Positions 1 through 9,281 of a DNA stretch of 64,000 nucleotides are shown piece after piece. Positions within the stretch are counted from its first letter, which is position 1; every line of letters begins with the position of its first letter. The translations under genes were made by a program, and so were the position numbers. This stretch comes from a virus. The stretch covers positions 11,486 through 75,485 of IMG/VR virus record IMGVR_UViG_3300046533_000687; one strand, 5' to 3'. The notes below the pieces were generated by a model, which worked only from the letters and a program-made list of their open reading frames with translations, was not told the DNA's origin and did no database searches.

Positions 1-141
1 AAGGTCCTGTTCGGCGACGTGCTGGCGAAGATCGCCGCGCAGCCGAAGGGCATCGAGACGTGGCAGCAGAATCGTGACAAGGAGATGCGCGAGCGGATCA
101 GCAAGCTGGAACTCTGGCGTCTGCATCAGGACGCGCGATGA
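1..141 (+). CDS. 3' end of a hypothetical protein (truncated by window edge)
   Basis: Open frame from base 1 (KVLFGDVLAKIAAQPKG...) to TGA at 139-141, with GC3-rich codons. Confidence 0.6.
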   Translation, partial: KVLFGDVLAKIAAQPKGIETWQQNRDKEMRERISKLELWRLHQDAR

Positions 142-473
142 CATGTCTCTCGATCGCGGACAGGGCGACAAGAAAAAGTTTCCGGCCAAGGACCTTGAGC
201 GGCTCTACAAGAAGGGTATCGAGCAGCAGAGGATTCGAGGCGATCAGTTGAACGCGATTATCGGCGGGAAGGTCTACGACCCGGACGCCTGGTACGACGT
301 CACCGAGAAGGGTGTCGAGAAGTTGTGACATGGGCATACCTGGCCGTGGCGTTCGTGGCAGGATATTGTGCAGGGCTGAGCAGGGCACGGCGGCTCATTC
401 GTCAGTTGACAGAAGACTTGAACCGTAGCGCAACGAACTTACAGGGCGCGGTTGACGCGCAGAAGGATACCAG

Positions 474-695
474 ATGATTCTCGATGATCTCAAGGTGCAG
501 GTGACGGCGACGACGGATGTGGAAGCCTCTGCCGTGGTGGCGCTCAACGGTGTAGCAGCTCGCATTCAAGCGGCCGTGGACGCGGCGATCGCGGGCGGCG
601 CGACGGCGGAGCAACTGGCTCCGGTGCAGGCCGAGGTCGACGCACTGAAGGCATCGTCAGACGCGCTGGCGGCTGCGGTCGTGGCGAATACGTAG
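474..695 (+). CDS. Small Ala-rich helical hypothetical phage protein
   Basis: 73-aa ORF with AAGGA RBS and ATGA overlap with an upstream short ORF (325-477). Confidence 0.7.
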   Translation: MILDDLKVQVTATTDVEASAVVALNGVAARIQAAVDAAIAGGATAEQLAPVQAEVDALKASSDALAAAVVANT

Positions 696-889
696 ATGAG
701 TCATGGGCCGGAGGCAGCGCTATTCGACTCCGGATCAGGATGCCTTCATCTATACGCTGCAGGTAGAACTGGTGGCGCTTGAAGACGCTCTTACCATATT
801 GGAGCGCAGAATCATGCTACTACGAGACCGAGTGCAAGAGGAACTGGCCAAGAGGTGGGGCAAGGAATGCCCCGTGAAGAAGGCTTGAT

Positions 890-3139
890 ATGCCAAATCG
901 TCCTGAGCATACCGACAAGATGAAGGCCTGCGTGGCGAAGCTTCAGGACACGCATGATGATTCGTCTGCCTACGCCATCTGTACGGCGTCGTTGCAGAAG
1001 GCTGGCGAGCCGGTCTTCGTGGGGGCTACGGCCGGTGGTGCGGAGGAGATGAGGCTGCTGGGCGATGTTCCTGGACATGAGTTCCATGGGAATCAATACA
1101 CTGGTGAAGGCGGGGCTGCAGCACGTCAAGAACGCATCAAAGAAATTGACAAGCAGATCACAAAGATAGCCGTGGGTCCCAATACGCCCCGCGCAATCAA
1201 AGAACGCATGCAGAAGATCGCCCCTTTGGTTCAAGAGCAAGAACTGCATAAAAATGTTCTTGACCCTACGCGGCCACAAGCCATCTTAGCTTCCTCAAAA
1301 TTGACAAAGCGCTCGGATGGCGGATATGACGTACAGCATGAAGGCGCGAAGATTGGAGCGCTGGAGCCGGTAAGTTTCACTGGATTCAAGGCCGTTAACA
1401 GTGCGCAGCAGATGACCAGCCGCGAGGGGTTCAAGGCGCTATACGGCGACAAGATCGTCAACTCGCAAGGTACTCGTAAGGAAGGGCACGAAGCGATCGC
1501 GAGAGCGCACTCAGACGTATTGAGAACCCGACTTACTGGCGCTGAAGGTTATGTATTTGACGACGTCGACATAACTTCTCTGCGTACGCTCCACCTCGTC
1601 GGCGCCACAGGCGTCGTGCGCACCGAGATGTTTGAAGGACGCGAGCACCTCGTCGTCCCGCTCGTCGCGCTGATGGAGGGCGTCATCCACGCCATGAACG
1701 CCGAGACGCCGGAGTTCGTGCCGCTGGCCACGCTGCAGAAGGCGGCGGCAACGTGGAACGGCCGTCCTGTCACCATCGGCCACCCGTCGCGTGGCGGGGT
1801 TCAGTGCTCGGCCAACGACCCCGGCATCCGTGAGTCGCATGGCATCGGCACGATCTTCAACTCGCGCGTCGTGGGCACGAAGCTGCTACAAGAGGCGTGG
1901 ATCGACAAGGCGAAGGCGAAGAGGCTTGACCCGGCGATGCTCGCGCGCCTCGTGACAGGCGAACGCGAGGAGGTCAGCGTCGGGGCGTTCGTCATCACGG
2001 ACGGCACGACGGGCAGCTACAGGGGCAAGCCGTATCGCGCGCAGTGGCTGGAGACGATCGGCGATCACCTCGCGTTCCTCCCCGGAGGGCGCGGCGCCTG
2101 CTCCGTGGAGATGGGATGCGGGACGCACCGGGCCGCGATGCGGATGTTAGGAGGATCGATGGAACTGCTGGGATCGATGCCGGACAAGGCGCAGGTCGAG
2201 ATCAACAAGCCTGGTCATCCTGCGCACGGCAAGAAGGGCAAGATCACGTCGTCGAAGGGCGACATGCATACTGTCGGCGATTATGGCACGTTCAAGCAGT
2301 CGGAGTTGAAGGCTGCAGCGGATGGCGAGGAGGCCGCCGAGCTTGTCGGCTACAACCTGCTGCGCACGCACCTCGACACGATGGGCAAGGCGTGGGACGA
2401 AGCCTCCGGCATCGTGAACGAGCTGATCGCCGACGAGACCGAGAACCCAACCGAGACGGCTGCGGAGGAAGATGCCGAAGAGGAGGTCGAGTCGGTACGG
2501 CTTGACTCTGTCATGTCTCTGATGTCTGTCATCATGGCGATCGCGTCGCAGGCCATGTCGTGCTGTGCGGTCATGAATGCGCCGGAGGCGACAGACGTCA
2601 TGCCGCGCTACGGGGCGATGCCGATGATGCCCTGCCCGACATGCGACGGCACTGGTCAGGTGAAAGATGGCAAGCAGTCGGACTGCCCAACGTGCGACGG
2701 CACGGGCGAGGTCGCCAAGTTCAAGGCGGCAGCTGGTTCACGTCACAACAAGAACGACCAGCAGATGGTTCAGGCAATTCACGATCAAGCTCAGGCGCTG
2801 GGTGCGCAGTGCGACCGGGCGAACTACAAGATGCTCCGCGACATCTCGCAGAAACAACGCGAAAGACTTCCGGATGCAGATTTCGCTGGCAAGGGCACGT
2901 CCTTTCCCATCAAGAAGCCGGAGGACGTGTCGGCGGCAGCGAGTTCAATCGGTCGGGCGGGCGCGGGCAACTATTCGACGGACGAGTTGAAGGCGAACAT
3001 CATCAGGATTGCCTACCGGAAGGGTGCATCGTTCGTCGCGCAGCTCCCGGAGGCATGGAAGAAGAAAGCGGATCACAAAGCAGCAGCAAACGATCCAAAC
3101 CGATTCTACATCGAGTCGGTTCTCAAGGGTGTACGATGA
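890..3139 (+). CDS. Prohead (capsid maturation) protease, DUF2213-like, with multiple fused accessory modules
   Basis: Core motifs WNGRPVTIGHP, EVSVG and DHLAFLP..RGACS...GCG. Located directly upstream of the scaffold, decoration and capsid genes. Extra modules include GHEFHGNQY and two CxxCxGxG repeats. Confidence 0.8.
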   Translation: MPNRPEHTDKMKACVAKLQDTHDDSSAYAICTASLQKAGEPVFVGATAGGAEEMRLLGDVPGHEFHGNQYTGEGGAAARQERIKEIDKQITKIAVGPNTPRAIKERMQKIAPLVQEQELHKNVLDPTRPQAILASSKLTKRSDGGYDVQHEGAKIGALEPVSFTGFKAVNSAQQMTSREGFKALYGDKIVNSQGTRKEGHEAIARAHSDVLRTRLTGAEGYVFDDVDITSLRTLHLVGATGVVRTEMFEGREHLVVPLVALMEGVIHAMNAETPEFVPLATLQKAAATWNGRPVTIGHPSRGGVQCSANDPGIRESHGIGTIFNSRVVGTKLLQEAWIDKAKAKRLDPAMLARLVTGEREEVSVGAFVITDGTTGSYRGKPYRAQWLETIGDHLAFLPGGRGACSVEMGCGTHRAAMRMLGGSMELLGSMPDKAQVEINKPGHPAHGKKGKITSSKGDMHTVGDYGTFKQSELKAAADGEEAAELVGYNLLRTHLDTMGKAWDEASGIVNELIADETENPTETAAEEDAEEEVESVRLDSVMSLMSVIMAIASQAMSCCAVMNAPEATDVMPRYGAMPMMPCPTCDGTGQVKDGKQSDCPTCDGTGEVAKFKAAAGSRHNKNDQQMVQAIHDQAQALGAQCDRANYKMLRDISQKQRERLPDADFAGKGTSFPIKKPEDVSAAASSIGRAGAGNYSTDELKANIIRIAYRKGASFVAQLPEAWKKKADHKAAANDPNRFYIESVLKGVR

Positions 3140-3186
3140 GTTGCGGATGTCCGACGGCGACATGTCGCTGTCATACAGGAGAGGTT

Positions 3187-3741
3187 ATGGAGAATACGAC
3201 ACGCGAGGAATTGATTGCAGCGCTCGTCACGGATCGGTACAGCGGGTACAAGGACGGCGACGAGACGATGCTCCAGACAGCATCGGACGCGCGTCTGGGC
3301 GAGTTCAGGGCGTCGGCGGAGGCCAACCGGACGGCGGTGAACCGCATCAGCTCGCTGGAGACAGAGCAGCGCAACCTGCAGGCTCGCTTGAAGGTTGCTG
3401 AGGATCGCGTCAAGGCGTCCGAGCAGCCCCTGACGGAGGCCGAGTTCCTGCAGCGCGCGCCGGAGTCGTTCAAGCGCGTGCTTGAGGGACACAAGGCCGA
3501 AGAGGACCAGACGCGCGACGCGCTCGTGTCGATGCTGAAGGATCTCGGCGCCAACAGCGAGGCCGAGCTGAAGACGAAGAGCATCGCCGAGCTGCAGACG
3601 CTAGCCAAGTACGCCCGCGTTCAGGTTCCTGATTTCAGCGGCAAGGGCGTGCCGGTCCTGCGCGACGCGGAACGCACGAGCTACGCGGCACCCGATCCTT
3701 ACGCGGCCGGCCTCAAGTCGCTGCGCGAGCAGACTCACTAA
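3187..3741 (+). CDS. Capsid scaffolding protein (probable)
   Basis: Coiled-coil-rich, between protease and capsid genes. GGAGAGG RBS before ATG 3187; alternative coupled start at 3136. Confidence 0.65.
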   Translation: MENTTREELIAALVTDRYSGYKDGDETMLQTASDARLGEFRASAEANRTAVNRISSLETEQRNLQARLKVAEDRVKASEQPLTEAEFLQRAPESFKRVLEGHKAEEDQTRDALVSMLKDLGANSEAELKTKSIAELQTLAKYARVQVPDFSGKGVPVLRDAERTSYAAPDPYAAGLKSLREQTH

Positions 3742-3777
3742 GATTTCGGCGGCTGAAGTCGCCAAGGAGATAGAGAG

Positions 3778-4212
3778 ATGTCAATCACGAGAACGAATCC
3801 GAACACGATCTTTCTGGGAGGCTCGCGTACCGAGGTCGGCGACCTGGCCGCGGCAGCATCCATCACGCCCGGCATGCTTGTCGAGCGCGATGATGTCGGC
3901 AGCGTCATTCGCTGGAAGCTCGCCACGGCCGACATTGCGGGACCGCCCGCGGTGGCGACCGAGCAGGCGTCCGTCAACAAGGGTGTCGACGACGTCTACG
4001 CGACGGGTGACCTGATGGAAGTCTCCATCGGGCACAAGGGCGCTGCGTTCTGGATGCTGATCGCATCAGGACAGAACATCGCGGCAGGCGACCTGCTCGG
4101 CTCTGCTGGTAATGGCACGCTGAAGTCAGGTGCGACCGTCGCGCGCTTCTCGGCACTCGAAACCAAGGCCACCGTCACCGTGACGACGCGCATCCGCGTC
4201 GAGGCACTGTAG
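3778..4212 (+). CDS. Capsid cement/head decoration protein
   Basis: 144 aa with ITPGMLVE...GDLL.SAGNGTLK pattern; immediately upstream of the major capsid gene. Confidence 0.7.
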   Translation: MSITRTNPNTIFLGGSRTEVGDLAAAASITPGMLVERDDVGSVIRWKLATADIAGPPAVATEQASVNKGVDDVYATGDLMEVSIGHKGAAFWMLIASGQNIAAGDLLGSAGNGTLKSGATVARFSALETKATVTVTTRIRVEAL

Positions 4213-4250
4213 TCAGCTTAGGGCTCCAGAGCCCGACAAGGAGAGATGAG

Positions 4251-5357
4251 ATGGAACAGGAAATGAGATTCACGGCGGCAGCGGCAAACAGCCCGCTGGC
4301 CAGCGTCATCATGAACGCGTTGAAGGGTAGCGGCGGGTGGTCGGTCGACGCGATGCGCCAGCCGGGCATCGACCTGCTCAACGCGGCAGAGTACGAGAAC
4401 GGCTACCGGTTCCGTGCGGCAGGTCCTCTGCAGGACAAGGCGCAGGTCGTCATCGACAAGGCGGTCGTCGAGGTCGGACTGCAGCGCCTGACGATCGCGG
4501 CCGACATCATGGCGGCGGGGCTCACCTACACGCTGTCGGATCCGCTCAGCATCGCGCAGCTGGAGTGGAACTCGATGAGCAAGTCGGGAGCTGCACAGCG
4601 CACGATGTCACCATCGGCGAGGGGTGAGAACTCGATGCCCATCATCACGGTGAATCGCCTGCCGATCTACCTGACGACGGACAAGTTCGAGATCGACATC
4701 CGGACGCTCAAGACGTCGCAGCGGATCGGCACGCCGCTCGATACGTCGATGGTCAAGCAGAAGGTGCGGTCGGTGAACGAGGCACTCGAGGACGCGATCA
4801 TCAACGGCGCCACGACGCTGGACGGCCAGGCGCTTGCCGTCTCCGGCTACTCGGCGCCCGGCCTCCTGAACGAGTCGCATGTCAACACGCAGAACCTGAC
4901 GGCTGCTGCGTGGACGACGACCCCGAACGGCCTGACGATCCTGACCGAAGTGCAGGCGATGATCACGAAGCTGCAGGCCGACAAGAAGTTCGGTCCATAT
5001 CGGCTGTACGTCGGCACGCAGATCTCGAACGTGCTTGACACCGACTATAGCACGGCGACCAACACGGTGACGACGATCCGTGAGCGCCTGCTGATGCTCG
5101 ACTCGCTGCAGGCGATCCGCACGGCGGACCTCCTAACCTCGGGCAACGGTGCGACCCCGTCCATCGGCAATAAGGTCATCCTGCTGCAGATGACCTCGGA
5201 CGTGGTCGACATGGTCGTCGGACAGCCGCCGACGGTCATTCCGTGGACGTCGCTTGACGGGTTCACGATTCACAACCTGATCATGGCGATCATGATCCCG
5301 CGCGTGAAGAGTGACTATGAGGGCAACTCCGGCGTGTGCGTCGGGACGACGGCGTAG
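4251..5357 (+). CDS. Major capsid protein (HK97 fold, linocin/encapsulin-like phage MCP group)
   Basis: 368 aa with strong AAGGAG RBS. Motifs LPI..DKFEIDIRTL, PLDTS, FGPYRLYV and MAIMIPRVKSD; synteny fits. Confidence 0.85.
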   Translation: MEQEMRFTAAAANSPLASVIMNALKGSGGWSVDAMRQPGIDLLNAAEYENGYRFRAAGPLQDKAQVVIDKAVVEVGLQRLTIAADIMAAGLTYTLSDPLSIAQLEWNSMSKSGAAQRTMSPSARGENSMPIITVNRLPIYLTTDKFEIDIRTLKTSQRIGTPLDTSMVKQKVRSVNEALEDAIINGATTLDGQALAVSGYSAPGLLNESHVNTQNLTAAAWTTTPNGLTILTEVQAMITKLQADKKFGPYRLYVGTQISNVLDTDYSTATNTVTTIRERLLMLDSLQAIRTADLLTSGNGATPSIGNKVILLQMTSDVVDMVVGQPPTVIPWTSLDGFTIHNLIMAIMIPRVKSDYEGNSGVCVGTTA

Positions 5358-5843
5358 TTAAACCGATTCGACGGAGGCGGATTCATATGGACACACCAAC
5401 TGAGAAGCCATCCCTGGATCTCCTCCGTCGAGTATTTGTACCAATTGAGCGACGCACGGTGAAAGGCACGCTCGTCTTCAAGACGCAGGATGGCGACATG
5501 TACGCGCGGCTGGCGGACGGCTCGATTCGACGGACGCACCCGAAGGTTAATGGCAAAGACGCGCGTCGAGCGCGCCAGCAAGCTCGGATGCTTCAAAGAG
5601 CATCATGATGAAAATTCGCGCAGCGATTGTTATGCTGGCACTCCTCTCCGCAGCGGTCGTGAGGTACCGATGACGCAGCGTGACGCTGTTTGCCGCTGCG
5701 CGGCACGTAGTCGACAACGAGACGTCGCTCACGACCGCCGTCGCGTCCGGCGTCTGAGAATAGCGCTCGCATGACTGGACGTAGCGCGGAGGGAAGCGAT
5801 CGCGGTCCGCGCCGTTGCCGGAACTTATCAGGAGGTCGGTAGC

Positions 5844-6164
5844 ATGAATACGAATCCGCAGGCCATCGCGTTCGCGAATGGCCGCATCCGCCCCGCCGCA
5901 GATCGTCTCGCCCAAGCCTATTACATGGCGAAGGCGCTGGTAGCGGATTGGAACGCGCAGAACGTGGCGGCGGTGATCATCCCTGGCGATACGGTCAACA
6001 TCATCAGTGATGGCTCAGCCACGGACGGGCGGAAACCCATTACCAACGACAACGCCTACGCGATCATCCTGCAGGCCCAAGCCTTGATCACGTTGTATGA
6101 GGCGAGCGGTGGAGCGCCCCTGACCTCCATCCTGCTCGTTGCGCCGAATCCTGCCGTGAAATAG
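5844..6164 (+). CDS. Hypothetical virion-associated protein
   Basis: AGGAGG RBS; 106 aa; in the structural operon. Confidence 0.65.
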   Translation: MNTNPQAIAFANGRIRPAADRLAQAYYMAKALVADWNAQNVAAVIIPGDTVNIISDGSATDGRKPITNDNAYAIILQAQALITLYEASGGAPLTSILLVAPNPAVK

Positions 6165-6167
6165 CCG

Positions 6168-7529
6168 ATGGCCGTTCCAACCATTCTGGTCAACTCCTCT
6201 ACGGGCAGCGACTCCGCTGCCAGTGGCGCTGGGCCAGCGACGGCCAAGACCGGGAGTGCGGGTGTCTCGACAGGCACGACGGTGGTCCTTGACGGGTCTC
6301 CCGACTTGTCTGGTGTCGCCACCGACGGGAGCCATGTCCTGTTCTTCAACGACACCACGAGTGGAAATCGGAACTTTGCCGCCATCACAGGGAAAGCCAA
6401 TAGCGGCACACCGACCGCCCAAGTGACCGTCGCGCTGGCTTTCGCTGTGACCACGAAGGCATGGGCTATCGGCGGGAAGCGGGCCAGCGTCTATGGGTCA
6501 CTGCGGCTGGTAGATAACAACGGGACTGACGCGGACGCGCAGGCGGGCTGGACCGTGCAGATGGAATCGGGCCACACCGAAACCTTCGGCGGGCGGCTGG
6601 ATGTCCGTGTCTCCGGCACGACGGTCGGCGCGTTTACGCTGCAGGGCGATCCCGCCGCTAGCGTGACGCCCGTGATCACGACGCCGAATGACATCGTGCC
6701 GCGGCAAAACTTCCAAGCCTACAAATACTTCAGCATCGTCGGCAGTGGTGGTCCCGCGAACGGCTTCATCGAGCTGGCTGGGTATATTCGGTATGAATCG
6801 CTGACGTTTTCTAGCTTTTCAGGGGGCATTAGCCTTGACCTGAGCGGCGGTGGAAACGATCAGGTGATCAACTGCACCTTCACCGCGAATGCCCACGCCA
6901 TCAGCGTGTCGCAGGATACGCAGATCATCGGGAACTACTGCGTCAGTCAAACGGGATCCGCGATCAAGTGCAATACCCAGCCGCTGACGGGATTGCTGAT
7001 CTATGACAATTTGATTACTGGCGCTGGGGCGGAAGGCATTCAACTCGATCAGTCCCGTTCGGATCTATACGCCGGTGTCCACATCATTGCCAACACCATC
7101 GACAGTTGCACGGCGGATGGCATCAAGTATGTCTCGACGGCGAACGGGGCAGGCAACAGCGAAGGAGCGCTCTGCGTCATCAACAACATTCTCAGCAACA
7201 ATGGAGGCTATGGCCTCAATGTGGACTCGACGCTGGCGGCGGCAAACTCCAGAGGGATTGTGGTCCGCAGTAATGATACCTACAACAATTCCTCTGGGGC
7301 CTATAGTCCGACGGGTCTCGGGGTGGGGGATCCGGCGACGAATCCGGCGTATGTCGGGAGCGGCAACTACACCCCCACGGCGAGTGCCCTGAAGGGGGCC
7401 GCGATCCCACTCTCCTTGAACGGGGCGACGAACTACCAGTGGATCGGCGCGATTCAGGCGCTCGCCCTGATCCTAGCAATACTCGGAGTCACGATTCAAG
7501 AACCGGTCATCGGCAGCAATACCTTCTAA
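6168..7529 (+). CDS. Right-handed parallel beta-helix (pectin-lyase-like) protein, probable virion appendage
   Basis: PbH1-like repeats (IINCTF, IIGNYC, IYDNLI, IIANTI, INNILSNNGGYG); rich in G/S/T/N. Confidence 0.7.
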   Translation: MAVPTILVNSSTGSDSAASGAGPATAKTGSAGVSTGTTVVLDGSPDLSGVATDGSHVLFFNDTTSGNRNFAAITGKANSGTPTAQVTVALAFAVTTKAWAIGGKRASVYGSLRLVDNNGTDADAQAGWTVQMESGHTETFGGRLDVRVSGTTVGAFTLQGDPAASVTPVITTPNDIVPRQNFQAYKYFSIVGSGGPANGFIELAGYIRYESLTFSSFSGGISLDLSGGGNDQVINCTFTANAHAISVSQDTQIIGNYCVSQTGSAIKCNTQPLTGLLIYDNLITGAGAEGIQLDQSRSDLYAGVHIIANTIDSCTADGIKYVSTANGAGNSEGALCVINNILSNNGGYGLNVDSTLAAANSRGIVVRSNDTYNNSSGAYSPTGLGVGDPATNPAYVGSGNYTPTASALKGAAIPLSLNGATNYQWIGAIQALALILAILGVTIQEPVIGSNTF

Positions 7530-7539
7530 AGGAGATAGC

Positions 7540-8169
7540 ATGAGTTTCAAACAGGGCGAGAAGATTCACACGCACGATGGCAAGGTCCACCGTGTCGGAA
7601 AGGGCGGCAAGCTGCCGAAGATGCGCGTGCCCGGAGAGCGGCACGCGATTCGGGGCTTCATCCGAGGGGCGCTGGTCGATTGCCTCTCCGGCGAGGAGCA
7701 GGTCGGCGACTGGCACGAGAACGTCATCACGACATACGGCTTCGGCATCGTGGTTCGCAACTATGCGGGCCTCGCGTCGTCGGCCTCGTCGGTCGCCGCC
7801 ACCGTCACATCAGACATGGGCTTTGCCAGGTTCTGGGGCCTGGGCTACCAGACGGAGGCGCAATCCAGCAACTTCAGCACGATGTCGAAGATCGACTCGA
7901 CGGAGTGGCCGCTTGCCTCGACAGGTGGCGTCAGCCGCGCGACGGTCTCGGTCGGTTCGCAGCTGCTGAGCGGCACGTACTCGCTCTCGCAGAGCTTCCA
8001 GTACGCGAGCAGCCAGATCAGCCACGCTCAGACCGTGAACTGCATCGCGCAGTACCACCACTCGTCGGTCGGCTCGGGCACGGCGCACTCGCTGGCGACG
8101 TTCGCGTCGAGCACGAAAGGGACGACGCAGGCGCTCAACGTGACGTACAACTGGGTATTTTCAACTTAG
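7540..8169 (+). CDS. Ser/Thr-rich structural protein (collar/fibre-base-like)
   Basis: AAGGAG RBS; HENVITTYG motif; ends in a beta-strand (LNVTYNWVF). Confidence 0.55.
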   Translation: MSFKQGEKIHTHDGKVHRVGKGGKLPKMRVPGERHAIRGFIRGALVDCLSGEEQVGDWHENVITTYGFGIVVRNYAGLASSASSVAATVTSDMGFARFWGLGYQTEAQSSNFSTMSKIDSTEWPLASTGGVSRATVSVGSQLLSGTYSLSQSFQYASSQISHAQTVNCIAQYHHSSVGSGTAHSLATFASSTKGTTQALNVTYNWVFST

Positions 8170-8218
8170 TAGGGATGCGCCTAGTAGGGAGGCCGAACGG
8201 CGCAACCTTCTTTTAAGG

Positions 8219-8452
8219 ATGGTCATGGCGAAGCAGAAGCAGACAGGACCAGATCCGAAGTTCACCGTTCCTATCGGCACCGAGGGCGCCCCTCTGGAGA
8301 TCATCTACGGGCATAACACGGCGGTCAAGAAGGTGCTGATGCAGTTCAATTTGCTCACCAGCAGTTTGATTTTGACGCCAGAGGATGCCCGCGACGTGGC
8401 GCGCAAATTGCTCCATTATGCCGACATGGCCGACGGAAAGAAGGCCATGTGA
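8219..8452 (+). CDS. Hypothetical protein
   Basis: 77-aa ORF coupled (GTGA) to the next gene. Confidence 0.6.
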   Translation: MVMAKQKQTGPDPKFTVPIGTEGAPLEIIYGHNTAVKKVLMQFNLLTSSLILTPEDARDVARKLLHYADMADGKKAM

Positions 8453-8949
8453 CGCCCAAACTGCGCAAGAAGATCGAGGCCAAGAAGGGGATCCTGCTTG
8501 ACATCTCCTTCGGCGGGGCTACTCAACCTCGTAGTATCACCCTCGGTCCGAAGGGCGACATCCGTCAGCCTCCAACCGATACATTTCAACTACGTTCCGC
8601 GTGCGTTCATACGGCGATCGTGACGCACGTCCTGGAGTTCATTGAACCGCAGAAATACTTTGCGTGGTGGAATAATTTGCACCGCGTGATGTTGAAGGAT
8701 GGCATCGTCTACATCAGCGGACCCTACGGCGGCGACGAGAGTCAGGGCTGGCTCTCAGACCCGACGCATCGGATTCGGATCGTCGAGCAGAGCTTCGCGT
8801 GGCTCGACCCGCAGACACCGTTCTACGCGCTGCACGAAGCAAGGGGGCGCAAGACGCCGCTGCCGTGGAAGACGTTGACAGTTGCGCGCGTACCCGGCGC
8901 GCATGGCACGGTGACGTACAACGTGACGATGCAGGCGGTGAAGAAATGA
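8449..8949 (+). CDS. Class I SAM-dependent methyltransferase-like protein
   Basis: LLDISFGG (degenerate motif I), HVLEFI, HRVMLKDG and SDPTH, typical of small phage methyltransferase-domain proteins. Confidence 0.65.
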   Translation: MTPKLRKKIEAKKGILLDISFGGATQPRSITLGPKGDIRQPPTDTFQLRSACVHTAIVTHVLEFIEPQKYFAWWNNLHRVMLKDGIVYISGPYGGDESQGWLSDPTHRIRIVEQSFAWLDPQTPFYALHEARGRKTPLPWKTLTVARVPGAHGTVTYNVTMQAVKK

Positions 8950-9281
8950 GCGACAAATCTATTCGCGCTGTCGCAATCGACGATCCGATCTGCCCGATGT
9001 GCCGGACACCGACACTCGGCGTTGATGAGGGCATTGGTCGCTCGGCATATGAATCCGATGTAAGCGAAGAAGGTGAAGATGAGATGCTCATCACGACTAC
9101 GATGTGGTGGAAGACGCGCTGCCACACGTGCAAGACGTCCGTTGAGCGGCATTTACTTGGCGTGGTCGGTTGCCAAGAGGGAGGCTTTGAGCCTAACGTG
9201 TCCGAGGAAGTTGAACCGACACCTCACGGTCTCATCATCAAGGAACTGCGCGAGCTGAAGGAAAGTTTGGCGGTGAAGTGA
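8946..9281 (+). CDS. Hypothetical Zn-ribbon protein
   Basis: CPMC...CHTC; ATGA-coupled to the upstream gene. Confidence 0.55.
   Translation: MSDKSIRAVAIDDPICPMCRTPTLGVDEGIGRSAYESDVSEEGEDEMLITTTMWWKTRCHTCKTSVERHLLGVVGCQEGGFEPNVSEEVEPTPHGLIIKELRELKESLAVK

Noticed and set aside
4251-5357. Encapsulin or linocin bacteriocin
   Set aside because: It sits in a protease-scaffold-cement-capsid operon, so it is the phage major capsid protein.
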